Below, piece by piece: positions 1 through 11,800 of a DNA stretch of 64,000 nt. Position numbers and translations under genes: made by a program. Source of the DNA: a virus; IMG/VR virus record IMGVR_UViG_3300021091_000012; one strand, given 5' to 3'. The first letter of the stretch is position 1; every line of letters begins with the position of its first letter. Below the pieces are notes generated by a model, which saw nothing but the letters and a program-made list of their open reading frames with translations, made no database searches and was not told where the DNA came from.

Positions 1-2784
1 TACAGCTTTGCTAATTAACTGGTATGGAATACCATCTTTGTACATTGCTTTGCAATATACATCGTATGCGTCTTGCTCCTCCAGCAACTCTTTCATGCGT
101 GCTATTGTCTTGTTGCAGTCAGTAATAGTTTGAATAGCGACTTGAACCTTGCCATGGTAGTCTTTTACGGTGTTATTAAGCTTGGATTGATTAACCGCTT
201 TAACATTCTTCTCTTTGTTGAGCTTACTAATCTCGTCTTGGATTGCTTTGTTGTTATCCAAGATTGCAACACTTTCGTGGTATAGTTTAACGTCAGCTTG
301 AATCTCTTTGATATATGTTTTAAGCTTATCACGATGAGCTTTTGCTCTTTCCAAGCCAACGCTGGCTGTTGTACGGTTGAGGTCTAGTGCTTCTCTCTCT
401 TTTAGCATTGCTTCGAGTTCTTTGGCTTCTTGATCAATAAACGCGTTTTGTTCGAGAAAATCAACACACTCTTTGCGTTTTTGAAGAAACTCCGCTACAG
501 TTTGCTTATCCTCTTCTAACTCTTTTTTTGTCTGCATAGCATCTTGGACAAAAACATTAGAGACACAATATTGACAATTTGGATCGTACTGATGCTCGTT
601 GAGTTTTGACAGCTTTTCTAGCTTATTTTTAGTTGTAAGCTTTAGTGTGTCAAGCTCCTTATCTAACATCACTTTGGCTGCTAACTCGCTTTGATAGTCG
701 TTGTACAAGTTGGTGTTAAATACCTTCTTTTTGTTCTCAATCTCATAACATTTTAGTGAGTGATCTCGTTCAAACTCTTGATAGGTTTGCTTACTTGTTT
801 TACACTTATCTTCCCACTCTACTAACGATTGTTGGGATTGATGCAAGTCAGCTTCTAAATTTTCTAAATTTAGACCGTCACCCTTGCATGGTTGAAGTTC
901 TTTGTTTAGTTCTAATAGTTTATCGTTAATTTGCTGTATCTCTTCGTTGACTACCTCTAACTCGCTATGAGCCATTTCATACTTGTCTTCATATAGCTCT
1001 TTAGCTCTCTCCGCATCTCCTAATTTTGTTTCAAAATCTTGCTTTTGGTACTCTTCTAATGTTATAGTTGCCTTACGATTGTTTTTATTTGCTAACTCAT
1101 ATAGCGAGTCAAAAATAGTAACATCCAAAAAGTTTGCTAGTAAATCCTTTCGCTCACTCTGTGTCTTATCTATAAAGTTAGAGTTATTCTGTTGAAGTGA
1201 TAGTGCTGTTAAAATAAAGTCATCAAACGTACCAACATACGACTGAATGATTTTATCTGTATCTCGCCTCTGTTCACCGTTAAGTGATACTTTTTCACCA
1301 TCCTCGTTTATGTACCAAAAGTCAATCTCTACTCGCAGTCTCCCCTTCAAAGCACCATGCTTATACTTAAATGCACGTTTTTGTATAAAATAATCAACAC
1401 CCTCAAGTTCAAAATTAAATTGGCAATCAAAGTTCTCACATCTTCTGTTTAGTACCTGGTCGGCTGATTTTGCTCTGAAGGATTGATCAAATAAACAAAA
1501 GCACAAAGCATCTAGTATTGCTGACTTTCCAGCATGGTTTGGTGCAAATAAGCCACATGTTCCAACTTTTGTACCAAAGTCTACTGTGTTATTTAATCCG
1601 TAACTAAACATATTACTAAAAACAAACTTCTTAGGTTTCCACACTACGTTGCGAGCTATCTCTGGAAGCTGTAATTCTTGATTTAGTTTTTTGTTAATCT
1701 CTAAAACCTTTGTAATAGTTTCTTCGTCAGTATTTGTATTTGTAAGGTATTCTTGTAGTAATGCATTTTGATATTGTACACTTCGTACATCGCCTTGATT
1801 AAGGCTTGCATCCGTCAAATCAGAACCCAAACCACCAATACTCTTATCTAATCTAATAACAACTGCGTCTTTATTCTTATATTGCCTGCGAATTGTTGCT
1901 AAGACTCTTTTTATCTGTGCAGAGTCTGTATTGCGTGTTCGTATTCTTAAATTTGTTTTTGCTGTGATTGGTAGGTTGTCGGGCAAAACTCCATCTGTAA
2001 TTTCTAGGGTATAGTATCCGTATTCGTTTGGTATGTCATGGAAAGTGCACGCAACACCTTTGTCTGGTGTTAAATTAATTAGTGCATATCCATGTCCTTC
2101 ATATACTTCTCCAAAGTTTTGTTGTACGAGAGATCCTGGATAGAATATGGCTGGCTCGTTTTCGTTGAGTACTTGTCGCTTATGTATATCACCAAGTGGA
2201 GCTACATCAAATCCTGCAAACAAATCCCAACTTAATCCACGTTCTAATACTAATCCACTATCAACGCTACTATTAGCAATAGTTCCGTGATATAGTGCAA
2301 CTAACTTTCTATATTTTTCTGGTTGTTTGATTTGATCGTAAGTAATGTACTTATCAGGTTCATCTAGCAGTGAGAATAAACTGATACCAATATCTCCTAT
2401 CTCATAAAAACCTGAGTTGCGTAGATAAAACAAGTTAGGGTGATTGTTGCTTTCTACAATTGGTGTAAGTGCGTCGAGTCTGTGTGGATTGTTTAGGTTA
2501 GCATCATGGTTTCCTGTGATAACAATAGTTGGACGTCTATCAGCTAATCCGTTAAACAAATACGTTACCATAGCAATGAGCTCTGGACTCATATCTGTCT
2601 TAGCGTGAACAATATCGCCACCTACAGTAACAATGCTGTTTGGCGGTAAACTATCAACTGCTGCGAATAGTTTATTAAAAATTTCTTTAAACTCCTTATG
2701 TCGTTTCCAGTTGCGCAGATGGACGTCTGCTATGTGCAATATGTGATCTACCCTGTTTAACTTACATTTGATCTTGTTTATCAT
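1..2784 (-). CDS. Fused Mre11/SbcD nuclease - Rad50/SbcC ATPase (3' end runs off the window)
   Basis: Absent from the ORF track, consistent with no stop in the window. ATG at 2784 overlaps the primase TGA. Translation gives HIADVH, GGDIVH, ITGNHD, LGDIHK and YPGSLVQQNFGE (Mre11/SbcD), then in the same frame FSNMFSYG and Walker A APNHAGKS (~1525-1550), coiled coil, and zinc hook CQYC (~565-576). Confidence 0.9.
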   Translation of the reverse strand, partial: MINKIKCKLNRVDHILHIADVHLRNWKRHKEFKEIFNKLFAAVDSLPPNSIVTVGGDIVHAKTDMSPELIAMVTYLFNGLADRRPTIVITGNHDANLNNPHRLDALTPIVESNNHPNLFYLRNSGFYEIGDIGISLFSLLDEPDKYITYDQIKQPEKYRKLVALYHGTIANSSVDSGLVLERGLSWDLFAGFDVAPLGDIHKRQVLNENEPAIFYPGSLVQQNFGEVYEGHGYALINLTPDKGVACTFHDIPNEYGYYTLEITDGVLPDNLPITAKTNLRIRTRNTDSAQIKRVLATIRRQYKNKDAVVIRLDKSIGGLGSDLTDASLNQGDVRSVQYQNALLQEYLTNTNTDEETITKVLEINKKLNQELQLPEIARNVVWKPKKFVFSNMFSYGLNNTVDFGTKVGTCGLFAPNHAGKSAILDALCFCLFDQSFRAKSADQVLNRRCENFDCQFNFELEGVDYFIQKRAFKYKHGALKGRLRVEIDFWYINEDGEKVSLNGEQRRDTDKIIQSYVGTFDDFILTALSLQQNNSNFIDKTQSERKDLLANFLDVTIFDSLYELANKNNRKATITLEEYQKQDFETKLGDAERAKELYEDKYEMAHSELEVVNEEIQQINDKLLELNKELQPCKGDGLNLENLEADLHQSQQSLVEWEDKCKTSKQTYQEFERDHSLKCYEIENKKKVFNTNLYNDYQSELAAKVMLDKELDTLKLTTKNKLEKLSKLNEHQYDPNCQYCVSNVFVQDAMQTKKELEEDKQTVAEFLQKRKECVDFLEQNAFIDQEAKELEAMLKEREALDLNRTTASVGLERAKAHRDKLKTYIKEIQADVKLYHESVAILDNNKAIQDEISKLNKEKNVKAVNQSKLNNTVKDYHGKVQVAIQTITDCNKTIARMKELLEEQDAYDVYCKAMYKDGIPYQLISKAV

Positions 2785-3722
2785 AGTTGCATTTTTAATT
2801 TAATCAAGTCGAAAAAATCTACCGGTTTTGAACCGGTTATCACTTCAATCATACCCTCATAGCCAACTTCGCTTGGATCCTTTCCTGGTAGGGTTATCAT
2901 GCTAACTTGTATTCCGTGATTAATAAAGTATTCTATTTCTTGTACGCTAGTTTTGAATGCATCCTGGTCTAGTGCTAAGTAAATTTGCTTGACTTTTTCT
3001 TTTATTATTTTTGATCTTAGATTGTTTAAGATTCTCTTACCAAACAATGGAATGGCATTGCGTTTAACTGCTATTGCATCAAACGCTCCTTCCACTATTG
3101 TAATAGGCTCTCGCCAATTTATCTGATTCTCAAAACCTACAATATCTTTAGATACGGGTGGATTTTTGTGTGGAATTGTAGCTTGTGAATAATAACTTCT
3201 ACCAACATAGTAATTAAGGGAGTTGTCTTCATTGTAGCTTGGTATTATTACCATACCAGCATACGGTCCTTTTTCACAGTAACCTACTTGATATCTTAGT
3301 ATATCTATTGCTGTTAATTTTCTTATATTCAACGCATAGTGTAATGCGTTTCTATAGTCTGGAGTTCCTGCATTGACGTGTAGTGGTTTGTATCCTTCTG
3401 GTAGTGATACCAACTGACGTGATACATCTTGCATCTTGGTTGATGCTCTACCACTATCTCCATACAAGTCTCGCGCTTTTTTTACTATTTCAAAGGGTGC
3501 ATTGCTCTTTTTAAGCAATGAAGATATTGTCTGTCCTTTTGCATCACAAACCCAACAATGCCACTTTTGTGTCACTAAGTTGACTTGAAGTTTCTTCTTG
3601 TAATGGTTACAGAAGGGACAATGGTAACTAACCTCTCCAGTCTTTCTATGATTGGTTGGTGATCCTAAAAACGGATCCAATATGTTTCTTGCTTGAGATA
3701 CACTTAACGTCATATTAAACAA
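2781..3722 (-). CDS. DNA primase (Zn-finger + TOPRIM)
   Basis: CPFC...HCWVC zinc-binding domain; TOPRIM motifs VEGAFDA and LALDQD; GKDPSE. Confidence 0.9.
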   Translation of the reverse strand: MFNMTLSVSQARNILDPFLGSPTNHRKTGEVSYHCPFCNHYKKKLQVNLVTQKWHCWVCDAKGQTISSLLKKSNAPFEIVKKARDLYGDSGRASTKMQDVSRQLVSLPEGYKPLHVNAGTPDYRNALHYALNIRKLTAIDILRYQVGYCEKGPYAGMVIIPSYNEDNSLNYYVGRSYYSQATIPHKNPPVSKDIVGFENQINWREPITIVEGAFDAIAVKRNAIPLFGKRILNNLRSKIIKEKVKQIYLALDQDAFKTSVQEIEYFINHGIQVSMITLPGKDPSEVGYEGMIEVITGSKPVDFFDLIKLKMQL

Positions 3723-3750
3723 CTATACAAAGTTTTTTGCAATTAGCAAA

Positions 3751-4152
3751 CTAATCTAACCATTTGGTTGGAATTTCTTTGTCTGCATAAACAAACCCAT
3801 GTTTGTTACACCAATCTGCATATGTTGTTTTTGATCCTTTTCGTATTTTAGCTTTTGAATTTTGAAACACAAAACGGATATCTAAATCAGGATGTTGTTG
3901 CTTTATTAGTATGTGTTTTTTTCTATCTTGCAACACAAATCTACCTTTTGTTTCTATAAAAATTCCATTAGGTAACCTGAAATCCGGAGTGTATTCGTGA
4001 TAAGTTACCGGTTTAGTGTACAATACTTTATGCTGTTCATATTCCCCATCAATACTTTGCTGTTTGAGTGCATTGTCGATGTCCTCCTCTAAACCACTTC
4101 TGTAGCCATGTTTGACAGCTGCCTGCCTTTTTGTAAACCTTTTTTTTGCCAT
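3751..4152 (-). CDS. T7 endonuclease I-like Holliday junction resolvase
   Basis: GYRSGLEE, YTPDF-LPNGIFIETKGRF, DRKKH, HPDLDIRFVF. Start placed at ATG 4152 (MAKKRF). Confidence 0.9.
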   Translation of the reverse strand: MAKKRFTKRQAAVKHGYRSGLEEDIDNALKQQSIDGEYEQHKVLYTKPVTYHEYTPDFRLPNGIFIETKGRFVLQDRKKHILIKQQHPDLDIRFVFQNSKAKIRKGSKTTYADWCNKHGFVYADKEIPTKWLD

Positions 4153-4153
4153 A

Positions 4154-6928
4154 TTATCTATCAAATCTTACTATGATTGTTGTATCGGTGTTGTCTGGTA
4201 GTTGGATTGGTGTGTTAAGCTTTGCAATTGCCACCAAACAATGGTAGTTGTCATATAAGCCAACAGTGGTAACATACGGCTTAAAGCTTGAACCAGTCAC
4301 AAATGGTCTAAATATGTATTGATTGTATTCTGGGCTGTATACCTGCATTGTTGGATTGTTGCTTCTAGTAAACTCTCCGGGATTAATTGTGCATGATATC
4401 TCAGTCTCCCATATTGTATGGGTTCCTCTTGCTTGAATATCTATAACATCCATATATCTTGCTGGGATAGAGGTTAGAGTTATCATTCCGTGGTTGTGGA
4501 ATACGTTGCCAACAAATCCATTACCTACATTGAGGGTTTCTTTTAGTAATGTAATTTCTGAATTGGCAAGTGTTCCGTTGTACACTTTGATATTATCAAT
4601 TACTCCATCAAAAGCTCGTTGCTTTTTCCAGTCATTGCCAATATAAATATTTGCTTTATTGCTACAAAAAGATGGAATAGGAACGTCAGATTCTGACGAA
4701 ATTAGCGCTCCATCAATGTACAATTGTATCATTGATCCACTTTTAATTGCAGCAACGTGGTATAGTTGGTTTAATGTAAGAATACTACTACTCACAGCAG
4801 CAACTTCTATGTTTGTATCTCTTTCAAACTTGATACGAAGGTCGGGCGTTAGGGACAATCTATAAGGTGAGCGTTGGTTTGCTGGAATTGTATACACATT
4901 TGCATTCTCATCAGTACGCAAGTCTATAGCTGGTCCTTCTTTTGTTATGAGAATGCTGCCAGATATGTTTGGTGTTCCTTGTGGACACACCATCATGGTA
5001 ATTGCAAAATTGCCATTCTCAAAGTTGTACATATAATCATACTCAGCAACTTCGGTTGATGAAACTATTAAACTCGAACTTTGCGCTGATGAAAACTTAG
5101 GTACAATTCCTAGAAGATCTTTGGGTGCAGCCGCTGGAGCTGATGATCCAGTTAATTTTACAAACTCAACGTTACTATAAGCGGTTTGCATACTCCAAGT
5201 ACCTCTATTAAAACTAGAGGTTATAGATATTGGTCCTTTTTGATAATATCGATATAAGTTATCGAAAGGCCACATACCAACTGGAGTTGCGTCTACAGAT
5301 CCTGAGATAACATTGCCGTAACTCGAAGTATAGGCGCCTGATATGTGTAAGTTTCCATATAAATCATCTACTAATAAGAAGTTTTGAGTTCCTTGGCTAT
5401 CGTAGTAAGTGACCTCTAATTTAACTGATTCCGGTAAAAGTGATTCTCCAAACTTAGACTGTGGTAGACTTATGATTTGAGCTTGATCTTCCAAAAACCT
5501 AAACTGCGTATTTATGTTTCCTGATCCGAAGGTAGCTCTTGTGTTTGTATAAAACTTATCGTAAAATAAATTATCTAATGAGCGATGAACTACTCTCTGA
5601 TACTTTCCGTTAGATGTTAGTGGTTCTGTATACTGATAATGCCGATTACCTTGATCAAATAAAACTTCTAGAGGGTTTGTTCTTGCATGATTAGATGTTG
5701 GTTCATAATCTGCCTTGTATACTGAATACACCGGGGTATATTCACAATCTAAATCAATAAGATTTACACTTCCAGTCTGAGACAAACCAATAAAGGTTGT
5801 TAAATTATCGCCCTCAATAAAAAGATCGTTAATTGCTCCGAAATGCTTAGGATCACCAATTTCTCCCGTGTAAGGATCTACCGTGTAAAACACAGTATCA
5901 ATCAAGCTGCTTGTGTTGTATCCTACAATTCCAATCCGACCAGTACTATTTTTATTAATACTTGCCTGCAAAGTCCTTCCTAAGCTAATCCATCTTCGAG
6001 TATCTATTGGCTCTCCCATTACAATTCCACCAGTAGTTGTTGTTGTAAAGTTTGGATAGATTTCACCACTAACACATATTACATGTAAATTTCTAGTATT
6101 GTCAACTGAGACTGATCCGGTGCTAAAGGTGTTTTTATCTTCTAGAATATCAGCCACTCCATCTAAAACCAACACCAATCCGCCCGTAGTTGGATCAAAC
6201 CTATATAATTCATTATTTTCAAACAATACGTAATAGTAAGACGATACACCATAAACTATTTTTTTGCATGGTGCGTTTACGCTAACTTGTGTATCATTTC
6301 CAGCATATGGAAGGTCTATAAGATAGGCTCCATTACTTCCAGTATGAAAGGTTACACCACTTGTACAAACACTCACCCCTTCCATGTTTATATGGGTATA
6401 GTTTTCTGAGTAACCTGGAGCTGTTAGTCCTAATTCTGAACCAAGAACTCCTGATGCCATATGAATTTGACCAACCCCTCCGTTTCCGCAATAGTACAAT
6501 TGACTGTTTGCTATGTCTGCTGATAGATCGTTTACTGTAAGGCAGTGGACTACAAACGCACTAGAAACAACATTAAGATTTTGGTCAAGCACTCTTGTGA
6601 GCGTTGTACTATCGGCCGATACTATATATTCGTGATTAAGGTCTAATGAGGTTTTTATTGCGGTAATTGGGTCTCCGGTGTCAGTATCGAGTACTGTATA
6701 ATCATCTCTAATATCCAACTTAGCTATTGTTCCGTTGGGTCGGTCGACGGTGTAGATATATTGCGGGTTATCTGTAAGGGTGACTACTTGCTGTGGTATA
6801 GATAAGGCGTTGTTTGCCAATTGATAACTATAATCGCAATAGTTAAGGTGATCTGCCCACAACTTGTAGGTTCTAAATGGAGTGACTCTTACATCACTCT
6901 GATCGAGACTTTTGAAAATTCCTGCCAT
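4154..6928 (-). CDS. Virion structural protein with LamG/ConA-like domain and C-terminal tail-collar-like segment
   Basis: LamG motif (YHVAAIKSGS-IQLYIDG ... IGN...FDGVIDNIKVYN-L). C-terminus VTTVGLYD...VAIAKL..P resembles the neighbour's. Late motif immediately upstream. Confidence 0.65.
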   Translation of the reverse strand: MAGIFKSLDQSDVRVTPFRTYKLWADHLNYCDYSYQLANNALSIPQQVVTLTDNPQYIYTVDRPNGTIAKLDIRDDYTVLDTDTGDPITAIKTSLDLNHEYIVSADSTTLTRVLDQNLNVVSSAFVVHCLTVNDLSADIANSQLYYCGNGGVGQIHMASGVLGSELGLTAPGYSENYTHINMEGVSVCTSGVTFHTGSNGAYLIDLPYAGNDTQVSVNAPCKKIVYGVSSYYYVLFENNELYRFDPTTGGLVLVLDGVADILEDKNTFSTGSVSVDNTRNLHVICVSGEIYPNFTTTTTGGIVMGEPIDTRRWISLGRTLQASINKNSTGRIGIVGYNTSSLIDTVFYTVDPYTGEIGDPKHFGAINDLFIEGDNLTTFIGLSQTGSVNLIDLDCEYTPVYSVYKADYEPTSNHARTNPLEVLFDQGNRHYQYTEPLTSNGKYQRVVHRSLDNLFYDKFYTNTRATFGSGNINTQFRFLEDQAQIISLPQSKFGESLLPESVKLEVTYYDSQGTQNFLLVDDLYGNLHISGAYTSSYGNVISGSVDATPVGMWPFDNLYRYYQKGPISITSSFNRGTWSMQTAYSNVEFVKLTGSSAPAAAPKDLLGIVPKFSSAQSSSLIVSSTEVAEYDYMYNFENGNFAITMMVCPQGTPNISGSILITKEGPAIDLRTDENANVYTIPANQRSPYRLSLTPDLRIKFERDTNIEVAAVSSSILTLNQLYHVAAIKSGSMIQLYIDGALISSESDVPIPSFCSNKANIYIGNDWKKQRAFDGVIDNIKVYNGTLANSEITLLKETLNVGNGFVGNVFHNHGMITLTSIPARYMDVIDIQARGTHTIWETEISCTINPGEFTRSNNPTMQVYSPEYNQYIFRPFVTGSSFKPYVTTVGLYDNYHCLVAIAKLNTPIQLPDNTDTTIIVRFDR

Positions 6929-6946
6929 TTAGTATAAATATGACTA

Positions 6947-6980
6947 AAAAACAAACCCTTTACTTTTGGTAAAGGGTCTG
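6947..6980 (-). terminator. Intrinsic terminator
   Basis: Minus strand ACCCTTTAC-CAAAA-GTAAAGGGT followed by TTGTTTTTT, just after the stop of the 358-aa gene. Confidence 0.75.
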
Positions 6981-6997
6981 CTAATTGACATACAATA

Positions 6998-8074
6998 TTA
7001 GTAATCTAATTTTACTTTTACAAGTGCTTCTCGGTTAAAGCTCTTCAATAGTGGCCGACTTAGTTTTGCTACTGCTACCAGTCTGTTTAGTGTATCGTAC
7101 ATTCCAATTGTGGTAATGTAAACGCTTGGATTTCTAATCATACTAGCATGTAAAAATTGTCCGCTAGACCCTGTTACGAATGTTGGATTGTTAGAAAAGT
7201 TAAACTGCCTGTTTGTAATTCTACAAAAGTAATGCGTTGAAGTTACCTTCTCTTCGCTTCTAGCCAAGAAGTTAGATGATCCAGAAACCCGCGCGTATAA
7301 TAGTAAGTGGTTCCTTGGTTGTAATGGGGGAACGAGAGAGTCTAATGTATTTGGATTACGCTTATCAACTGCAAGTCCTAAACTTGAGCTTAATCGAGTA
7401 GCATTAAAAACAAATACACCTTGGTCTGGATAAAATAATCCAAATTGAACTGCAGACTGCGTGACACCTCCCGATCCACTATATATACCAAATACTCGAC
7501 CTGCTTCGTTTATGGTAGGTGAATCACCTTGACCGCTTGCATCTATGAATGTTGAGAATACTGTACCCCAGTTTGCTGCTGTCGATCCACTTCCTAATCT
7601 AAGCTCCCAGTTTCCCGGATCTACTTTTTGACGAAAACGTGAACGTGCTACATTAATAACAAAAATGTCAGCAGGATTATCGGTACCACCCGAACCATTA
7701 CTAAAAGTAAATGTTCTATCTGTTGGTGGTAGTAACATGTTTCTATACTGAGCATAGATTGCTCTGGTTGGTGTGTCGTTTATATTCTGGCCAGTTGTAT
7801 TAGGATCACCAAAAGAACCACTTCCATCCTTGTGACCATATGCAATAGCAAATTGAATTGCAGCGTTTGGTGAAGATTGTGGATTACGATGAAATATATT
7901 CATGTAGTAATCTCCAGACTGCGACATTTGTGCAGACGAAGTAAAGAAGCCAATACCCTCAGCGTAGCTTCGGGAGTATGGGTTCATATTCTCTGACCAA
8001 ATTGGTTGTGAGATTGTCTGAATATCTCCTGCTACTATGTCGTCTTCTGTAAAAAATTTATAAATTTCAGCCAT
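6998..8074 (-). CDS. Virion structural (baseplate/tail-collar-like) protein
   Basis: C-terminal YITTIGMYD-LNRLVAVAKLSRP...VKLDY is paralogous to the C-terminus of 4154-6928; lies in the tail module. Confidence 0.55.
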   Translation of the reverse strand: MAEIYKFFTEDDIVAGDIQTISQPIWSENMNPYSRSYAEGIGFFTSSAQMSQSGDYYMNIFHRNPQSSPNAAIQFAIAYGHKDGSGSFGDPNTTGQNINDTPTRAIYAQYRNMLLPPTDRTFTFSNGSGGTDNPADIFVINVARSRFRQKVDPGNWELRLGSGSTAANWGTVFSTFIDASGQGDSPTINEAGRVFGIYSGSGGVTQSAVQFGLFYPDQGVFVFNATRLSSSLGLAVDKRNPNTLDSLVPPLQPRNHLLLYARVSGSSNFLARSEEKVTSTHYFCRITNRQFNFSNNPTFVTGSSGQFLHASMIRNPSVYITTIGMYDTLNRLVAVAKLSRPLLKSFNREALVKVKLDY

Positions 8075-8084
8075 GTTTTATTTT

Positions 8085-8846
8085 TTATTTCAATGGTGTT
8101 GCGCTTTGAATATCAAGTTGTAAGAATTGTGAAGGATCAACCGTAATAGATACTGTTTTGAATCCACCAGTCTCATTACCAACAAGGGTAAGTAGAGCAC
8201 GTTTTGTTGTAATGCTTCCAAATGCGTTAGTGTTTTCTTGTGGTTTAGCTTTGATAATGAATTTAGTACCAGTTTTTGTGATAGTTTTTCCAGCTGTTGT
8301 AGCTCCAGTTACCTCATCATCTAAGAAGCTTGTTACTGCCATTGCTCCTTGCGTATTATATTGATTGATTCTAGTATCAGTACCTGCAGGGCTTGATCCA
8401 GCAATTGTGCCATCTGGAGCCACTTCTAAGGAAGCGACCGTGTCATCACTCAAAATAGCTGTATATCCTGCTGAGTCGTTTCCACCTGCCAAATTGAGTG
8501 TACTTGGTGTTACAGTTACTGCTTGCTTTAATGATGTAAGTGTTATGCTTGATGGTTGAACACTAATAACTGGAATACCAATTACATCTTTTGGTAGTGT
8601 GATTAGCTTGTATCTTAGCATTTGTGTTTCGTCTGGTAGTGCTTCTAATACAGGCATGTTTTCAATTACAGCTCCATAGTAGTTTGTACCCAAAGTGTGT
8701 GCGGGATTGTACAAGTCATAATCAATCTCGTCATCTGAGAGAGCAAATTTTACAATGTTTAGTTTTCCGCCTGATGCTAAAATTTGACGTCCTTTGTTGG
8801 TAAGAATAGCGTCTACTGTTACCGTTGTATTATCTAAATACCCCAT
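8085..8846 (-). CDS. Virion structural protein, tail-collar/fibre-anchor-like N-terminus
   Basis: AILTNKGRQILA...IVKFALSD resembles tail-collar fibre N-termini; late motif at 8863-8870. Confidence 0.55.
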   Translation of the reverse strand: MGYLDNTTVTVDAILTNKGRQILASGGKLNIVKFALSDDEIDYDLYNPAHTLGTNYYGAVIENMPVLEALPDETQMLRYKLITLPKDVIGIPVISVQPSSITLTSLKQAVTVTPSTLNLAGGNDSAGYTAILSDDTVASLEVAPDGTIAGSSPAGTDTRINQYNTQGAMAVTSFLDDEVTGATTAGKTITKTGTKFIIKAKPQENTNAFGSITTKRALLTLVGNETGGFKTVSITVDPSQFLQLDIQSATPLK

Positions 8847-8888
8847 ATTGTGTTTTGTTTATTATAAATATGTTCTAATTCTAAAAAC

Positions 8889-11800
8889 TTATCTGATTTC
8901 AAAATTACCTCTATTTGTTGGTTTTGATGAATACTCCACTCCAGTTCCTACTGTTACTTCAATTACCGGTCCACCATCTATTGTGTCTGGACTATCTATA
9001 TTATAGTCTGGGGAAGTCATTTTACATCCGTTATAGCGAGCGTTTACCATACCATAACTATCTTGTAAATGAAAATCTTGAACTTGAGCTCTGTAATTTA
9101 AAGCTCGAACAGACACATTTTCAATTGCAATATATTGGGTGGAGAAAAAATTATGTGACCGTGCAACAATACCTAACCATGGACCGTCCGCCTTAGTTAT
9201 ATATGTATATGATGTTGAAGTTGTTGATGTCACTATTGATGCAGAATATGCTGATGTGAAACTTCCAAAATACAAATCAACCCTTTGTCCTACTGTAGCA
9301 AATTCTTTCACTCTTACCTGGACCTCATACAAATATTCCTGTGAATATCTATCAGTCGATTTGTAAAAGAAAGCATCTAACAATGCAGATCCCGTGACAT
9401 TAGCTAGTTGCAAAAAGGCAGTAGTGAATGAATTAGTAAAAACTAATCCAAGTGTAGGATCAATTTTCCAATGATAGATTGAGTTGAATGATGAAGTTGG
9501 TGTTGATCCTGTATAGCTGCTTTGTATTCTTAATCCGTATTGCGATGTCCACAAACTTTGTGCTTCTCCTAGTGACGATGACAAACTAACAGATTGTGTA
9601 AATGCCAATGGACCAGAAAAAGCCCTTCTTCCATATATATCTTCATTGTAAATGCTATCTGAATTGTTAGCAATTTCACTATATGCACTATCTAAGATTG
9701 TTGGATTAATTGCTTCGTGGTAGTCATATCTACTAGATGTAATCATATATGGTGCTGATACACCTGATCCTGTACCATAACGCTGCCAAGTCTTAAACTC
9801 ATATTGAGATCCTTCAACTCTTGTATCTCGACCATATTGTGATATTCCAAGATCTATAGTTGTATTTGTACTGCCGCTGGTGCTTGGATTATTAGCAACT
9901 CCGAGTCTGTTATACTCGTTTGCAAAACTTTCATCAAAGGTCGGACAAACTGACACATCTGTTCCATCAACTACAACATAATCATACTCTATTTCGTCAA
10001 GTACGGGACACAGCTTGACTCCGTGCCTTATAGATTCAAAATCGTAAGTTGGATATTGTATAAGGTCGTTGTACTCCGATACTTTATGTTGTTCTCCGCT
10101 TAATGTTATGTAGTCGCTTTCATCTCCGCCTATAGTGCCCTCATTAACATAACCATTATTTGCCCAATAAGGCTGATTTCTAAAAGGCTCTCCATCACCA
10201 TCCTGTATAGCACCTCCTGGTGTCCATAAAGCTTCTGGACCTACTTGTAATTCTGTGTCGTAGTGTAATTCTTCTCTCGTTGGTACAGTAGTTCGTACTT
10301 TTGCTCGTTCAATAATTGTAGGCTCAATAACCAAACCAACTTGTGTATTTGCTCTGTATGGTACGAATTTTTTTATCAACTGGAATAATGAGGAATCGTA
10401 GTATCGAATTAATCTTATATAATTTTGTGTGTTGTTTCTTCCAAAAATAAACTTTCTACTCCACTCCCACTTTAATTCTTGTAAGTCTGGATATTCATCT
10501 AATGATAAATGACTAGGATTTCCAATATAGTCATCGATGCTTATTCCACCAAAATGTTCAGCAATGTCTTGATTTAATTCATTTTGTGGAGAAAGATAAA
10601 TTCCTAATCGTGAACTATCTGGTGGTTGACTGTCTGCTAAACTTCTTTGAACGCTATTATCTCTATACAACTGTCGATTACCCCCTATTATATTGCTTCC
10701 AGCTGTGAAAGTATCTTCGATTCTAATTTTTGTACCTACGCTTCGGTTACCTCCTAAGTCAGGCCACTCTAAGGAATGACGTTCTACAATTGGTGAATAT
10801 AGTGGTGGTATAAAATGAAAAAATGAAGCCTCCTTGGTACTAGAATCAGCAAAAGCTGTATTAAACTGATTAGGATGTTGAGATGCAAAGCTTGTAGTTA
10901 AATTATAATTAATACGCTTATTGTCTGAGCCAAGACATAACCTAAAAGCAAGATCATAGTAACTAGATGTACTTCCTGTTGAAACATCATTTGTGTTTCC
11001 TTGAAAGCTTGTTGGCGCTAGAGCATGGTTATCTAGTATTGCATCTTGAAGTGTATCAGTCCAATATCTAAACTCTTGTATGCTACCAGTTAGTAAAGTC
11101 ATAGATGCCGACTGAGCATATGTGTATGATCCAGAACCTGGTACCCATAAGTCTCCTGAAGTGACAAAAGAGGTGTTGTATGAGCTACTAGTATTTCCGT
11201 CAATATACAAACTAGCAGTATGAGTACATGTTATTTTATCGTGATTTATACGCTTGGCAATGAGCGTGTATGTTTGATTGTCTGTAATGGTATCGGTCTT
11301 GTTTTCTCTCCGCAAAGTTAAGCTCCAAAATGCTCCATCGTATATTGAAGAGCTAACACTCGCTGTTGCCCATCCAGCACTACCGCTTAGATAAAAGCCT
11401 AAATATTCACTACTTCCATTTTTGTGTGCTTTGATTTGCCACTTGTCTGGAACTTCCATGATTCGCTGTTCCAAAGTCTGGTTTTTAGCCATTCTAAACC
11501 TTAGCTGAGTACTCATAGGCATGAGGTTATTCTCAGATAAAGTTTTCCATGGAATGCGAATAAGCTCGCTAGGATTGCTTGTATAGTAAGATGCGGAACC
11601 ATAAAGACTATATCCGTAATAACCAAAAGAAGAACTACTTAAACCATGATAGCCTACATTAAGAGCATAATTAAACCGCTCATATTGCAAGTCTGTTTTT
11701 GTATTAAAATCTGGTTCAGCGCCACCGTACTCTCGAATCCTTAATATTGTTTGAGGAATACCATAACAGTTAATTAACGCTCGAATACTTCTCTCTGTTC

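Noticed and set aside
73-1195. Short ORFs 73-285, 165-359 and 983-1195
   Set aside because: They are shadows of the long Mre11-Rad50 frame.
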